Source: an uncultured delta proteobacterium (lineage in GTDB: Bacteria; Desulfobacterota; Binatia; JACPRU01). From it: DNA of 64,000 bases. The position numbers and the translations under genes are program-made. A model generated the notes under the pieces. That model was not told the DNA's origin, made no database searches, and saw only the letters and a program-made list of their open reading frames with translations. This document shows positions 20,122-30,960 of the stretch, in pieces. Location of the stretch: the NCBI GenBank assembly GCA_963745025.1, contig CAVUWD010000015.1, positions 1 through 64,000 of the forward strand, written 5' to 3'. The number at the start of each line of letters is the position of its first letter. Position 1 is the stretch's first letter.

Positions 20122-21512
20122 AGCCTCCGACGGTTCGCCGGGTTGTGCCAGCCGTCGAAGCGGGAAGCGAGCCGGTCGGCCTCGGCGGGCCCCCACGTCC
20201 CGGGCTCATATCGGTGGAGCGGCGTCTTGCCCCCCAAGACAGGCTCCACCACGCGCCACTGTGCCTCGACGGCGTCCTCCCGCGCGAACAGCGTCGCGTC
20301 GCCCCGCATCGCATCGCCCAGAAGACGCTCATACGGACCGATCTTCCCAGCGAGGCCTTTCACGGCGAGTAGCTCAACCTGCCGGCCGACCATCGCTTCT
20401 CCAGGCGCTTTGGACCGCACGCCAAGCCCGATGTTCACGTCGGGTCCCAGACGAAATCGCAGATGATTCGCCTGGCCGCGGCCGACGAGCTGCTCGCCGA
20501 ACACCGAGCGCGGCGGGGCCTTGAGCTCGACGAACGCCTCGGTGCAGGTGACCGCGAGACGCTTGCCGGCGCGGATGAGGAAGGGCACGCCCTTCCAGCG
20601 CTCCGTGTGGATGTGAAGGCGCACCGCGGCGAAGGTCTCGACGCCGGAATCGGCCGCGACGTCGGGCTCGCCGCGATAGCCGCGGTACTGGCCGCGCGCC
20701 GCGTTGCGCGCGTCGAGCGGCTCGATCGCCTCGAGAATTCGCACCTTCTCGTCGCGCATGGCCTCGGGGCCGCTGCTCTTCGGCTGGTCCATTGCCAGGC
20801 AGGCGATCACCTGCAGCATGTGGTTCTGGATCACGTCGCGGATCGCTCCCAGATCCTCGTACAGGCGCCCTCGACCCGCCACGCCGAAGCTCTCAGCCAT
20901 GGTGATCTGCACGCTGTTGACGAACTTCCGATTCCAGATCGGCTCCAGAAACGAGTTGCTGAACCGGAAATACATCAGGTTCTGGACCGGCTCCTTCCCG
21001 AGATAGTGATCGATGCGAAAGATCGCCTTCTCCGGGAACACGGCCAGCAGCAAGCGGTTGAGCGCCTTCGCGGAGGTCAAGTTGCGCCCGAACGGCTTTT
21101 CCACCACGACGCGGGCTTCCTTGGTGCAGCGGGTGCGTTTGAGCCCCGCGATCACCGTCGGAAACATCGCGGGTTGGATCGCCAGATAGTTCATCGGCCG
21201 CCGCGCGGGGCCGAGGGCGCGGCAAAGCCGGTCGAAGGTCGTGGGGTCGTTGTAATCGCCCCCGACGTAGCGAAGGAGCGAGCATAGCTTCCCAAAGGCA
21301 GCCCGGTCGAGCCCTCCGTGCTTCAAGACGCTGTCGCGCGCGCGCGCACGCAGCTTCTCAAGATTCCAGTTGGGCCGAGCCATGCCGATAATAGGGACGT
21401 CGAGCCGGCCGCGCTTGATCATCGCCTGAAGCGCTGGAAAGATCCTCTTGTACGCGAGATCGCCCGTGGCGCCGAAGAACACTAAGGCGTCGGAGCGCGC
21501 CGGCGTCTTCAC
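20118..21512 (-). CDS. zwf: Glucose-6-phosphate 1-dehydrogenase
   Basis: [36 protein letters not shown] motifs. Confidence 0.96.
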   Translation of the reverse strand: MKTPARSDALVFFGATGDLAYKRIFPALQAMIKRGRLDVPIIGMARPNWNLEKLRARARDSVLKHGGLDRAAFGKLCSLLRYVGGDYNDPTTFDRLCRALGPARRPMNYLAIQPAMFPTVIAGLKRTRCTKEARVVVEKPFGRNLTSAKALNRLLLAVFPEKAIFRIDHYLGKEPVQNLMYFRFSNSFLEPIWNRKFVNSVQITMAESFGVAGRGRLYEDLGAIRDVIQNHMLQVIACLAMDQPKSSGPEAMRDEKVRILEAIEPLDARNAARGQYRGYRGEPDVAADSGVETFAAVRLHIHTERWKGVPFLIRAGKRLAVTCTEAFVELKAPPRSVFGEQLVGRGQANHLRFRLGPDVNIGLGVRSKAPGEAMVGRQVELLAVKGLAGKIGPYERLLGDAMRGDATLFAREDAVEAQWRVVEPVLGGKTPLHRYEPGTWGPAEADRLASRFDGWHNPANRRRL

Positions 21513-21712
21513 GAACGCTTCTCCTCGTGCCCGCCGAACTGGTAGCGCAGGGCGGAAAGCACCTTGTCGGCGAAATCCTCCGCGCCGCGCGAAGCGAAGC
21601 GCTGGGTCAGCGCCGCGCTGAGGACCGGCGCGGGCACGCCCTCCTCGATGGGGGCCTGCAGGCTCCAGCTACCTTCTCCAGAGTCGGAGACGCGGCCTTT
21701 GAAGCCGAGCAG
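21509..21712 (-). pseudogene. gnd: Decarboxylating 6-phosphogluconate dehydrogenase, C-terminal remnant
   Basis: [41 protein letters not shown]; N-terminal part absent. Confidence 0.85.
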
Positions 21713-21728
21713 CCGGCGGGTCTTGTCC

Positions 21729-21992
21729 GAAGTCGAGCTGCAAGGCGACGGCCTCCTGCTCGCCTTTGCGAGCGTGAGCCGCGCCCTCGACTGTGCAATC
21801 GAGATCCAGAAGGCCTTCGCGGCGTACAGCGCCGAGCATAGCGAGCAGCCTGTCCGAGTCCGCATCGGTATTCACACCGGTGAGCCAATCAGGGATGCCG
21901 ACCGATTCTTCCGCAAGACAGTCATCTTGGCCTCCCGCATCGCCGGCGAAGCGCAAGGCGGAGAGGTCTTCGCCTCGTCGCCTCTCTCTTAA
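21729..21992 (+). pseudogene. Class III adenylate/guanylate cyclase catalytic-domain fragment
   Basis: QGDGLLLAF, VRVRIGIHTGE, VILASRIAGEAQGGEV; no start and an early stop. Confidence 0.75.
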
Positions 21993-22142
21993 ACTAAAGA
22001 GCAGTCCTCCTTGCACGGTCGAAAGCGGACTTCGCCTTTTAATCGTTCGCGATCCTCACGTCCAAACATCTCTACCTCGGAAGCAGCGCGGTGAATTTCT
22101 CGGCCTGCGCGTTTTGCTTCTTCATGGGGCGTCCCTCAAGAA

Positions 22143-22174
22143 GTTCAGCTTCTCCATCCATGGAGAAGCTGAAC
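22143..22174. repeat. Perfect 14-bp inverted repeat with 4-nt loop
   Basis: GTTCAGCTTCTCCA-TCCA-TGGAGAAGCTGAAC, downstream of the DUF3309-like gene. Confidence 0.8.
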
Positions 22175-22256
22175 ATTTATGAGGTTCAACGCGGTCGTGA
22201 ATGCGGGAGGTGAAAGCTCCTCGCGCAGATTCGAGCGCGGGCCGAAGCGATCGTAT

Positions 22257-22403
22257 CTACAAACGCCCGGTGAGGAGCAGCACGATCAGGACAAGTAGGA
22301 TGATTCCGCCGATTCCGATTCCACCACCCGGTCCTAAGGCGTAATAGCCGCCGCCACCGCCAAACAGCAAAAGCAAGATCAGAATCAATAGCAGAGGTGA
22401 CAT
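22257..22403 (-). CDS. DUF3309-like small membrane protein (48 aa, absent from the ORF track)
   Basis: MSPLLLILILLLLFGGGGGYYALGPGGGIGIGGIILLVLIVLLLTGRL*, with AGGAGG RBS. Confidence 0.85.
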   Translation of the reverse strand: MSPLLLILILLLLFGGGGGYYALGPGGGIGIGGIILLVLIVLLLTGRL

Positions 22404-22672
22404 AGGGCCTCCTACGAAGCTCAACAAATTCTACAGTTTTGCACCGACGCCCATCGCATCGTTGAGTTCAGCAATGTCTATGCCGATAGAAGTAATTCGG
22501 GTTCGACGGACCGGTTTGGGATCGCTTTTCGGTCTCGACGTCTCGCGCCAAGCGCGACCGGGACTCCAATCAGGGGTAGCACTAGCAGCACCCAGAACTT
22601 CCATTCCCATGCTCCTCCACCGCTGCGCGAGAGCGGCTTCGCTATCTGCCCACACACCCTCCTTCGTTCCTA

Positions 22673-22688
22673 TAGGGGGTTTCCCTTA
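22673..22688. promoter_or_regulatory. 16-bp quasi-palindromic box
   Basis: TAGGGGGTTTCCCTTA, upstream of the DUF3309-like gene. Confidence 0.5.
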
Positions 22689-22846
22689 ACAAGCTGATCG
22701 TCGCGGGCGTAGTTGGTCATGTAGCGGCGGAACACGTCGAGAGGTTCGGCGGGAGGTGCGGAAGCGGGGATTTCTCTACCGAACACGCCGCGCAGCCGCT
22801 GGCCTCCAGCACGAAGGGCGTCGGAAAACGAGACGAGGCTGGGAAG

Positions 22847-23203
22847 CTACTTGTCTTCCATCCCCTTCATCCCGCCCATGCCCTTATCGCCCATCATGCC
22901 CTTGCCACCCTCCATGGCCTTGCCACCCTCCATCACCTTCCCGTCCATCGTCATCATCTGCCCTTCCTTCATGTGCATCTCTTTCCCGTCCTTCATTTTC
23001 ATGGTGCCGTCAGGCATGACCTTGCAGCCGTCGGTCATCGTCATCTCGTGGTCCATCGGCCCCGTCGCCTTGCCGTCCTTCATCATCATCATCTTGCCAT
23101 CCTTCATCATGACGCCAGCCATCTCCGCGGCCAGAACGCGGGAGGCAAGGAAGGAAACGGAAAAGAGCGCAACAACTGCGAGTGTAACGGTTCTGTACTT
23201 CGT
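22847..23203 (-). CDS. Secreted Met/Lys/Gly-rich protein (DUF6799-like); expected start codon reads ACG
   Basis: Signal peptide KYRTVTLAVVALFSVSFLASRVLA, then GVMMKDGKMMMMKDG..KVMPDGTMKMKDG; AAGGAG RBS followed by ATT ACG AAG with no ATG. Confidence 0.75.
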   Translation of the reverse strand, partial: TKYRTVTLAVVALFSVSFLASRVLAAEMAGVMMKDGKMMMMKDGKATGPMDHEMTMTDGCKVMPDGTMKMKDGKEMHMKEGQMMTMDGKVMEGGKAMEGGKGMMGDKGMGGMKGMEDK

Positions 23204-23277
23204 AATAGTTTTTACTCCTTCAGTTCCTAATCTATAGGTAGTACGAATGAATTGTCCTGACGGCACCCAACTGGCTA

Positions 23278-23293
23278 TCAGAGAAATCCCCTA
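23278..23293. promoter_or_regulatory. 16-bp quasi-palindromic box
   Basis: TCAGAGAAATCCCCTA, about 75 bp upstream of the Met-rich gene. Confidence 0.5.
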
Positions 23294-23372
23294 TGGTAGG
23301 GGCTCGTCGTTGGTGGAAAAAGAAAAAAGCGTCATTCTCCGGCGAGTTGATCCACAACTCGCACCCGCCTGG

Positions 23373-23605
23373 GGAACCTCTGCACAAGTCGATCGATTGA
23401 GGTAAAGAGAAACGGGTCGATCGAGGTGTGAGGAGGTGTGGGGATGAATGATCAGCGGACATTTGCATCGATGGCTTGGAACCAGAAGGGAAAGGTAACG
23501 CGACGGAAACGGTTCCTTGCGGAGATGGACGCCGTGATGCCGTGGGCGCGGCTGGTGGCCCGGATCGAGCCGCACTACCCGAAGGTGGGAGCAGGGCGCC
23601 AGCCG
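23373..23605 (+). mobile_element. IS5-family element: left end and N-terminal transposase fragment
   Basis: Terminal-like GGAACCTCTGCACAAGTC, then QRTFASMAW..KVTRRKRFLAEMDAVMPWARLVARIEPHYPK..GRQP, then abrupt loss of homology. Confidence 0.8.
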
Positions 23606-23729
23606 TCCTCGGCTCGACGCTCCACTGGCGGATCGCGCACGCTCGCAGAGTATTGCTAGCCGAGGGCCACGCGGAGCTGTCGGAGCTCATGAAGCGCAAG
23701 CCCTGGGACTATGGCGAGGGTCTGACACC

Positions 23730-25178
23730 GTGGACGACGCCGTCATCGTCGGCTCGGGTCCGAACGGGTTCGCGGCCGCGATCGAGCTCGTCCGGGCGGG
23801 TGCCTCGGTGCGAGTGCTCGAAGCCCGTGAAGAGATAGGCGGCGGAATGCGCACCAAGGCGCTCACGCTTCCCGGCTTCGCCCACGACGTCTGCTCCGGC
23901 TGTCACCCGCTGGGCGCGCTGTCTCCGTGGTTCCGGACGCTGCCGCTCGCAGATCACGGTTTGCGCTGGATTCGCCCGCCGGCTTCCGTCGCGCACCCGC
24001 TGGACGATGAGCCGGCTGTGCTGCTTCGGCTGTCGCTTCGCGAGACGGCGAGCGAGCTCGGGGAAGATGCTCGCGCTTACGAGACGCTGTTCGCACCGTT
24101 CCTGCGCGACCCGCACGGGCTGCTCGCCGATCTGCTCGCGCCGCTCGGCATTCCCAAGAACCCGATGCAGATGACCCGCTTCGGGCTGCCCGGTTTGCTT
24201 CCGGCAACGGTCGCGCTGCGTGTGCGATTCCGTGGCAAGCGGGCACGCGCGCTCTTGGCCGGCTGCGCGGCACACTCGATCCTGCCGCTCGAGAGGCCGC
24301 TGACCGCGGCCGTCGGGATGATCTTCGCGCTCACCGCGCACGTCGAGGACTGGCCCATCGCCGCGGGCGGCTCGCAGGCGATCGGCAGCGCGCTCGCCTC
24401 GTACCTCACGTCGCTCGGCGGCACGATCGAGACCGGCAGGCTCGTGCGATCGCTCGCGGATTTTCCCCCCTCGCGGGTCGTGCTGTTCGATACCAGCCCG
24501 GCACAGCTCGCCGACATCTGCGAGCCGGTGCTGCCAGCGGGCTACGTTCGCCGGCTTCGTCGCTATCGCTATGGCCCCGGCGCGTTCAAGCTCGACTGGG
24601 CGCTCGATGGGCCGATCCCGTGGAAAGACCCGCGTGTGCTGGAGGCGTCGACCGTTCATCTCGGCGGCACGCTCGATGAGCTCGCGGCCGCCGAGGGCGC
24701 GGTGTGGCGCGGAGAGCACCCCGAGCGGCCGTTCGTCCTGATGGTGCAGCAGAGCCAGTTCGATCCGAGCCGCGCTCCTGCGGGCAAGCACACCGGCTAC
24801 GCCTACTGCCATGTTCCCTCGGGGTCGACTGTCGACATGACCGACAGGATCGAGCGGCAGATCGAGCGCTTCGCCCCGGGCTTCCGCGACCGCATTCTCG
24901 CGCGCCACAAGATGAACACCGGCGATCTGCAGAACGAGAACTTGAACTATCGGGGCGGCGCGATCACCGGGGGCGTGGCCGACCTCTTCCAGTTCTTCAC
25001 GCGACCGGTGGCCCGGCTCGATCCCTATTCGACCCCGAACCCGCGCCTGTTCATCTGCTCGGCGTCGACTCCACCGGGCGGAGGGGTTCACGGCATGTGC
25101 GGCTACTTCGCGGCGCGGAGCGCGGCGCGGAGGCTCGCCCGCCTACCGGAGAATCTTGTGGCGATTGCTGCCGCGTAA
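23730..25178 (+). CDS. Phytoene dehydrogenase-like NAD(P)/FAD-dependent oxidoreductase
   Basis: DAVIVGSGPNG, LPGFAHDVCS, AYCHVP, CSASTPPGGGVHGMCG motifs. Confidence 0.9.
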   Translation: MDDAVIVGSGPNGFAAAIELVRAGASVRVLEAREEIGGGMRTKALTLPGFAHDVCSGCHPLGALSPWFRTLPLADHGLRWIRPPASVAHPLDDEPAVLLRLSLRETASELGEDARAYETLFAPFLRDPHGLLADLLAPLGIPKNPMQMTRFGLPGLLPATVALRVRFRGKRARALLAGCAAHSILPLERPLTAAVGMIFALTAHVEDWPIAAGGSQAIGSALASYLTSLGGTIETGRLVRSLADFPPSRVVLFDTSPAQLADICEPVLPAGYVRRLRRYRYGPGAFKLDWALDGPIPWKDPRVLEASTVHLGGTLDELAAAEGAVWRGEHPERPFVLMVQQSQFDPSRAPAGKHTGYAYCHVPSGSTVDMTDRIERQIERFAPGFRDRILARHKMNTGDLQNENLNYRGGAITGGVADLFQFFTRPVARLDPYSTPNPRLFICSASTPPGGGVHGMCGYFAARSAARRLARLPENLVAIAAA

Positions 25179-25622
25179 AGGCGCTCAGGTAGCGCCAGGT
25201 CCATGCGACTACGATCCCAATGAGCCAAGTCGAGCTGACGTTCAGTACCGAACTTCGCGATCTACGAGACCGCACGTTCAAGCCGTGATTTGCCACGCCC
25301 CTAACAAAGTGGTTCATCCGGACCGTGTTCACCCATCGACACGCGGTCCTGCGGCGACACTTCGCGTGAGAGGTCGGACCATCGCGGTTACGCCGCCCTA
25401 CGTGCGCGCCCTGGTTCAAGCCCGACAACGCCAACACGCGAGGAGGTTCGACCATGATTCCCCGGCCCCTACGCAGTACTACGTCGACTGCGGCACTAGT
25501 GGTGGCGCGCATGGCCTCGAGCGCGGGCACTCCCTGATGATCGGCGGCGAGCGCGAAATGGTGGTCTTCGCCATCCTGGCCCCGGGCACCGGCTCCGTGC
25601 CGCGCAGACTCCCAGGGGGCAC

Positions 25623-27938
25623 ATGAGCGAATTGTCGCCGAGCGTGGAGGATCTCGAAAAGCTCCAGCAGGATGCCGTCGGATATTTCCTGCGAGCTGCG
25701 AACCCGGACAACGGGCTGATCGCCGACAGCTCGCGAGAAGGGTCTCCGTGCAGCATCGCTGCCACCGGGCTCGGCCTCGCCGCCTACGCCGTGGGTGCGG
25801 AGCGGGGCTTCCTCCCCCGTCGCGACGCCGCCGCGCGAACGCTGACCACGCTGCGGTTCTTCCGCGACAGCCCCCAGGGCGAGGAGCCGGACGCCACCGG
25901 CCATCGAGGCTTCTACTACCACTTCCTCGACATGAAGACCGGCCGGCGCAGAGGCACCAGGCCATGCACCGAACCGCCACGATGTGCCGCACGCTGGGCG
26001 TCTCCGCCAGCGGGTATTGGGCACGAGCGAAGCGTCCGATGTCGGAGCGCGAGCAGACCGACCGTGCAATCGAGGCGCAGATCCGCGAGATTCATCATTG
26101 GTCCCAAGGGACCTACGGCGCTCCGCGGATGCACGCTGAGCTCGGCGCTCGAGGGACGCTTGTGGGCCGAAAGCGAGTCGCTCGTCTCATGCGACGGAGT
26201 GGCTTGCAAGGCGTGACGCGGCGAAAGGGGACGTTCACGACAGTGCGCGATCGTGACGCGCGATCCGCGCCGGACTTGGTTTCCCGCAACTTCGTCGTCT
26301 CGGCTCCGAATCGTCTCTGGATCGCTGACATCACCTACATCCCGACGTGGACGGGCTTCCTCTATCTCGCGGTCGTGCTGGACGCGTGGAGCCGCAGAGT
26401 CGTCGGCTGGGCGATGGAGACCCATCTGCGGACCGAGCTCGTCCTCCAGGCCCTCGACATGGCGCTGTTCCAGCGGCGGCCGAGCGAGGTGATCCATCAC
26501 TCCGATCAGGGCTGTCAGTACACCTCGGTCGCCTTCGGCAAACGCTGCGGGGAGGCCGGCGTGCGGCCATCGATGGGATCGGTCGGCGACGCATACGACA
26601 ACGCGATGTGCGAGAGCTTCTTCGCCACGCTCGAGTGCGAGCTTCTTGATCGCAACCGCTTCCGCTCGCAGGTCGAGGCGCGCATCGCGGTGTTCCAGTT
26701 CATCGAAGGCTGGTACAACCCGCACCGCCTGCACTCCGGGCTGGGCTACCTCTCGCCGATCGAGTTCGAGCGTCGAGCATCTGCCGAGGTCCTGCTCGAT
26801 TCAGTCGACGTCATCCGAAGCGAAGAAACGACCGCCGAAGACCGAAGGGGGAAGGTCCCCCTCGGGCTCCCCCTGAAAGACGAAGATCGATTCCATCGAC
26901 CTGAAGAGGAAGAGAAAGAAGAGGATCAAGAACGGGGGCTGAACCCAAGCCGTAGTTTGGCAATGCGAGCTATCGATGATCGACACCGCGATCTTGATTG
27001 CCGGAGCCCTCGCCAGCGGAACCTACTTCTCGGCAGCGGCGGACGACGAACGGGAGATCCGGGAACTCGCCCAGTTCCTCTACGAGCGAATCGATTGGCC
27101 CTGGGCCGCCGCAGACGGCCCCGTGGTGCGCATGGGATGGAAGGCTGGGGCCGGTTTCCTGAGCTACGGCTGGGAGGGATACAGCGAGGCGATGCTACTC
27201 TACATTCTCGGCCTGGGCTCGCCCACGCACCCGCTGCCCGCGGAGAGCTACGGCGCGTGGACCGGGACCTATCAGTGGGAGAACCTGTACGACATCGATT
27301 TCCTCTTCGCGGCGCCGCTGTTCATCCACCAGCTCTCGCACGTCTGGATCGACTTTCGCGGCATCCAGGATGCGTTCATGCGGGAGAAGCGGTCCGACTA
27401 CTTCGAGAACAGCCGCCGGGCGACTGCCGTCCAGCGGCAATACGCCCTGCGCAACCCCATGTGGTTCAAGGGGTACGGAGAGAACTGCTGGGGGATCACC
27501 GCCGGCCCCGGCCCCGGCTTCTTCAAGCGGCGAGCCGAAGGGGGCATCGAGCGGCAGTTCTACGGCTATGTGGCCCGGGGAGTGCCCTTCGGACCCGATG
27601 ATGGAACCCTGGCGCCCTGGGCAGCCGTCGCATCCCTGCCTTTCGCACCGGAGATCGTTTTGGCCGCACTCCGGCATTTCCTGGACGCTTATCCGGAAAC
27701 CCTCAGCAAGGACGGGCTGCTGACCAGTTTCAACCCCACCTTCGACGCCGGCGACGGGGCCCCCCGGGGTTGGCTCTCCCCGGAACACTACGGGCTGGAC
27801 CAGGGGCCGGTGGCCTTGATGATCGAGAACTACCGCTCGAGGCTCCTCTGGCGCGTGATGCGCGAGTGTCCTGCCATCGTGACCGGCCTCCGCCGCGCGG
27901 GATTCCGCAAGGGATGGCTGAGATCGAGCAACCGATGA
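25623..27938 (+). pseudogene. Glycoamylase/GH144-like glycoside hydrolase interrupted by a 1005-bp insert
   Basis: N-part ends GFYYHFLDMKTGRR at 25949; C-part resumes VWQCELSMIDTA at 26955 in the same frame, with WEGYSE, PLFIHQLSH, DYFENSR, PDDGT, GLDQGP motifs. Confidence 0.88.
25950..26954 (+). mobile_element. IS3-family orfB (rve/DDE) segment without orfA or recognisable terminal inverted repeats
   Basis: TYGAPRMHAEL, RKRVARLM, WIADITY, HHSDQGCQY, YDNAMCESFF, WYNPHRLHSGLGYLSP motifs. Confidence 0.9.
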
Positions 27939-29473
27939 ACGACGCGGATCCCACCGAGTCACGCTCCACGCTGCTGCCGAACGACGCCTACGACGCCAAG
28001 CTGCTGGCCAACACGCGACCGACGGGCTGGAAAAACCCGCAACCCGCCCCCAGCTACAACCTCGTCGTCCTCGGCGCCGGCACCGCCGGGCTGGTCACCG
28101 CGGCCGGCGCCGCCGCCCTCGGCGCCAGGGTGGCGCTGGTGGAAAGAAACCTCCTTGGCGGCGATTGCCTGAACTTCGGTTGCGTACCTTCCAAGGCGCT
28201 CCTGCGAGCAGCGCGATTCTACGCCGACCTCCACCACGCGCCGAGATTCACCGGGAGCGCGCCGGTGCCCTCGGAAGCCGATTTCGCTGCAGCCATGGAG
28301 CGCATGCGCCGCCTCCGCGCCCACATCAGTCGCCACGACTCTGCCTCGCGGTTCCAGGCCCTGGGCGTCGACGTGTTCCTGGGCGACGCGGCGTTCGCCG
28401 ATCGCCACACGGTCGAGGTCGCCGGCGCCACGCTCAAGTTCAAGAAGGCCGTCGTCGCCACCGGCACCCGCGCCGCCCGCCCGCCGATCGAGGGCCTGGA
28501 AGCAGCCGGCTATCTGACCAACGAAACGGTCTTCAACTTGACCGAGCGCCCCCGGCGTCTGCTGGTAATCGGCGGCGGGCCGCTAGGCTGCGAGCTCGCT
28601 CAGGCATTCGCGCGCCTGGGCTGCACGGTGATCATCGCCAACCGGGAGCCCTACTTCCTCCCCGGCGAGGAGCGGGACGCCGCGGAGATCCTAGCCGACT
28701 CATTGCGCCGAGACGGCATCGAGGTGCGGCTCAATACGGAGGTGAAGAGCGTCACCCGACGCGACGGCGAGAAGCGCGTGCGCCTGGTCAACGACAACCA
28801 GGAAGCGACGGTGGCGGTGGACGAGATTCTGGCTGGGGCTGGGCGCGTGCCCAACGTCGAAGGACTGAACCTCGAAGCGGCTGGCGTCGACTACGACCAC
28901 GGGCACGGCGTGCGGGTGAACGATTACCTGCAGACCAGCAACCGGCGCATCTACGCCGCGGGCGACGTGGCCTTGGAACGGAAGTACACCCACATGGCAG
29001 ACGCCACGGCGCGCATCGTGATCCAGAACGCGCTTTTCTGGGGCCGCAAGAAACTGAGCTCCCTGACGATTCCCTGGTGCACCTATACCGACCCGGAGAT
29101 CGCCCACGTAGGCCTCTATGTGAAGGAATGCTGGGACAAGGGCTTCCCCATCAAGACCTTCACCGTGCCGATGAGCGACGTGGATCGGGCGATTCTCGAC
29201 GGCGAGGAGGAGGGTTTCGTCAAGATCCACGTCCACGAGGGCACCGACACCATCTTGGGAGCGACCATCGTCGCGCGCCACGCGGGGGAGATGATCAACG
29301 AGATCTCCCTGGCCATGGTGGCGGGGATCGGCCTGAAGACCGTTTCGCGCGTGCTCCATTCCTATCCGACCCAGGCGGAGGCGATCCGAAAGGCCGGCGA
29401 TGCCTACAATCGGACGCGCCTCAGCCCGTTCCTGAAGGCACTCAGTAGCCGCTGGCTCGCCTGGTCGAGATGA
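27935..29473 (+). CDS. Pyridine nucleotide-disulfide oxidoreductase (mercuric reductase/dihydrolipoamide dehydrogenase-like)
   Basis: GAGTAG, GGDCLNFGCVPSK, GGGPLGCE, YAAGD, HSYPTQAE; no C-terminal CC pair; ATGA coupling to the glucanase. Confidence 0.9.
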   Translation: MNDADPTESRSTLLPNDAYDAKLLANTRPTGWKNPQPAPSYNLVVLGAGTAGLVTAAGAAALGARVALVERNLLGGDCLNFGCVPSKALLRAARFYADLHHAPRFTGSAPVPSEADFAAAMERMRRLRAHISRHDSASRFQALGVDVFLGDAAFADRHTVEVAGATLKFKKAVVATGTRAARPPIEGLEAAGYLTNETVFNLTERPRRLLVIGGGPLGCELAQAFARLGCTVIIANREPYFLPGEERDAAEILADSLRRDGIEVRLNTEVKSVTRRDGEKRVRLVNDNQEATVAVDEILAGAGRVPNVEGLNLEAAGVDYDHGHGVRVNDYLQTSNRRIYAAGDVALERKYTHMADATARIVIQNALFWGRKKLSSLTIPWCTYTDPEIAHVGLYVKECWDKGFPIKTFTVPMSDVDRAILDGEEEGFVKIHVHEGTDTILGATIVARHAGEMINEISLAMVAGIGLKTVSRVLHSYPTQAEAIRKAGDAYNRTRLSPFLKALSSRWLAWSR

Positions 29474-29554
29474 TCGAGAGGAGGGCCGTGAAGGACAGTG
29501 CCATGCGAACCCGAGCAGGGTAACTACAAAATCGGGCAGAAAGGAGAGGACACC

Positions 29555-29794
29555 ATGGAGAAGGACATCCCGGCCGCGCGTCGGGGTCTCCTCAGGTTCA
29601 TCGCGAAGCAGGGAGGCTCGATTCCGATGCGGGCGCTCCACACGCACAGCCTCGTTTTCCATCAGGCGGGGCACCAAGCGTTTTCGCAGATCATGGAAGG
29701 GCTGGTGGCAGACGAGCTCGTCGTCTTCGAGGACGGGGTATTCCTGCTCACCGAAAAGGGGCGTGCATCGCTCGGCGCGGAAACTCCGAGATGA
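29555..29794 (+). CDS. Small hypothetical protein (possible winged helix)
   Basis: GAGGA RBS; 79 aa ending ..LVVFEDGVFLLTEKGR, a wHTH-like wing. Confidence 0.6.
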   Translation: MEKDIPAARRGLLRFIAKQGGSIPMRALHTHSLVFHQAGHQAFSQIMEGLVADELVVFEDGVFLLTEKGRASLGAETPR

Positions 29795-30307
29795 ACGAGC
29801 TTCCCCTCGCAGCTCAACAAGCCGCCGCAGATCTCTCGCCGGCTCTGCGCTACAACGTGACGACGGGCCGATCTGCTGCTCGTCTCACGCTTATGGGAGC
29901 CCACTGACCTGCGCGCCCTACTGCGCCCGAGCGCCGCATGAGGGACTCACTGCGAGCACACGCGCGTTTTCGGTGCGGTGGCGCTGGCCGGATGGCGCGG
30001 CTTGGGGGGGTATCCAAGAAGTCTGGGACGTTCCGCACAACAAGAGGCGGCAGTTTCACCTCGAGCATGCCACGACGCCACACGTCCCAGATTCACCGAC
30101 AGCGTCGGGATTCCGGAGGATCAGTCTGACCCTGCGAGCGGTGGAACGCTAAGCGTAAGCCCCTTTCGCTTCGTTCGCTCTCTGGTCCGGTTTGGTGAAT
30201 CCTCGGCGCGTCTCGCTCCGTTCCTTCGCCCGTGACGGAGCAGTGATGCCCTGGCGCCGCGGCCCGCAACTGTGGCATTGAGTGCGTGACATCGAGGCCG
30301 GACATCG

Positions 30308-30660
30308 GTGCAGCGGAGATCAGCGAACGCGAGACAATTCGTGGCCGTCACCTGTCTCCTGCTGGCGCTGGCCGAATCGCCGGTGTTGGCGAGCAAGAAG
30401 AAAGGCACGCAGACGAAGCACGGGGACGTATCGGTCAACATATTGTCAGACCTGCCCCCGCGACAGCCACGGGCGCATCAAGTGCAGCAGCACAGCCCGG
30501 CGCGACTCCCTGAGGTCGCAGGGGCTCCCGGACACGCCGAAGGGGTGCCAGATGGATCATAACCAGCCGTTGGCGACGGGTGGTGTCGACACGCCGAGCA
30601 ACATGCAACTGCTCTGTGGCGAGGCGCTCAGGGAGAAGGAACGCGCCGAGCTGAAGCAGA
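30308..30660 (+). pseudogene. Degenerate secreted HNH endonuclease-like protein
   Basis: Signal-like N-terminus in one frame, then RDSHGRIK, DHNQPLATGGVDTPSNMQ in another frame. Confidence 0.6.
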
Positions 30661-30960
30661 GCGGCCCCCCGGGGGGACGACCAACGACCGCGAAATGGGA
30701 AATGGTCACCGAGCTGTGGCTCGCGGTCATGCAAACGTGGCGACCGCACGCCATGCATCGTTCGGCGCTGGGGTCGCGAGGAGCTCCGTCACCATCCCTT
30801 TGCCTCACGGCGGCTGGCTGAAACGCCTGTCGTCGGGAGATGAACGATAGAACGGTCCAGGCAGCAACCTGCCCACAGTGCTGCATTCAGAACGGAAACG
30901 TCTCGGTGACGTTAACTCACAATGCCTTTCTCATGATAAGTCTGCAAAAGGGAGTCCTAA

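Noticed and set aside
22185-22225. GGAGGTGAAAGCTCCTC resembling a group II intron domain I start
   Set aside because: No GUGYG 5' end and no further domain structure.
25299-25395. attC-like start CCCTAAC-AAAGTGGTTCA (also CTCAACAAGCCG near 29813)
   Set aside because: No matching complementary arm or GTTRRRY end and no integron integrase.
25748-27601. 617-aa transposase fusion ORF
   Set aside because: Only 25950-26780 is transposase-like; the flanks are alternate-frame readings of the glucanase.
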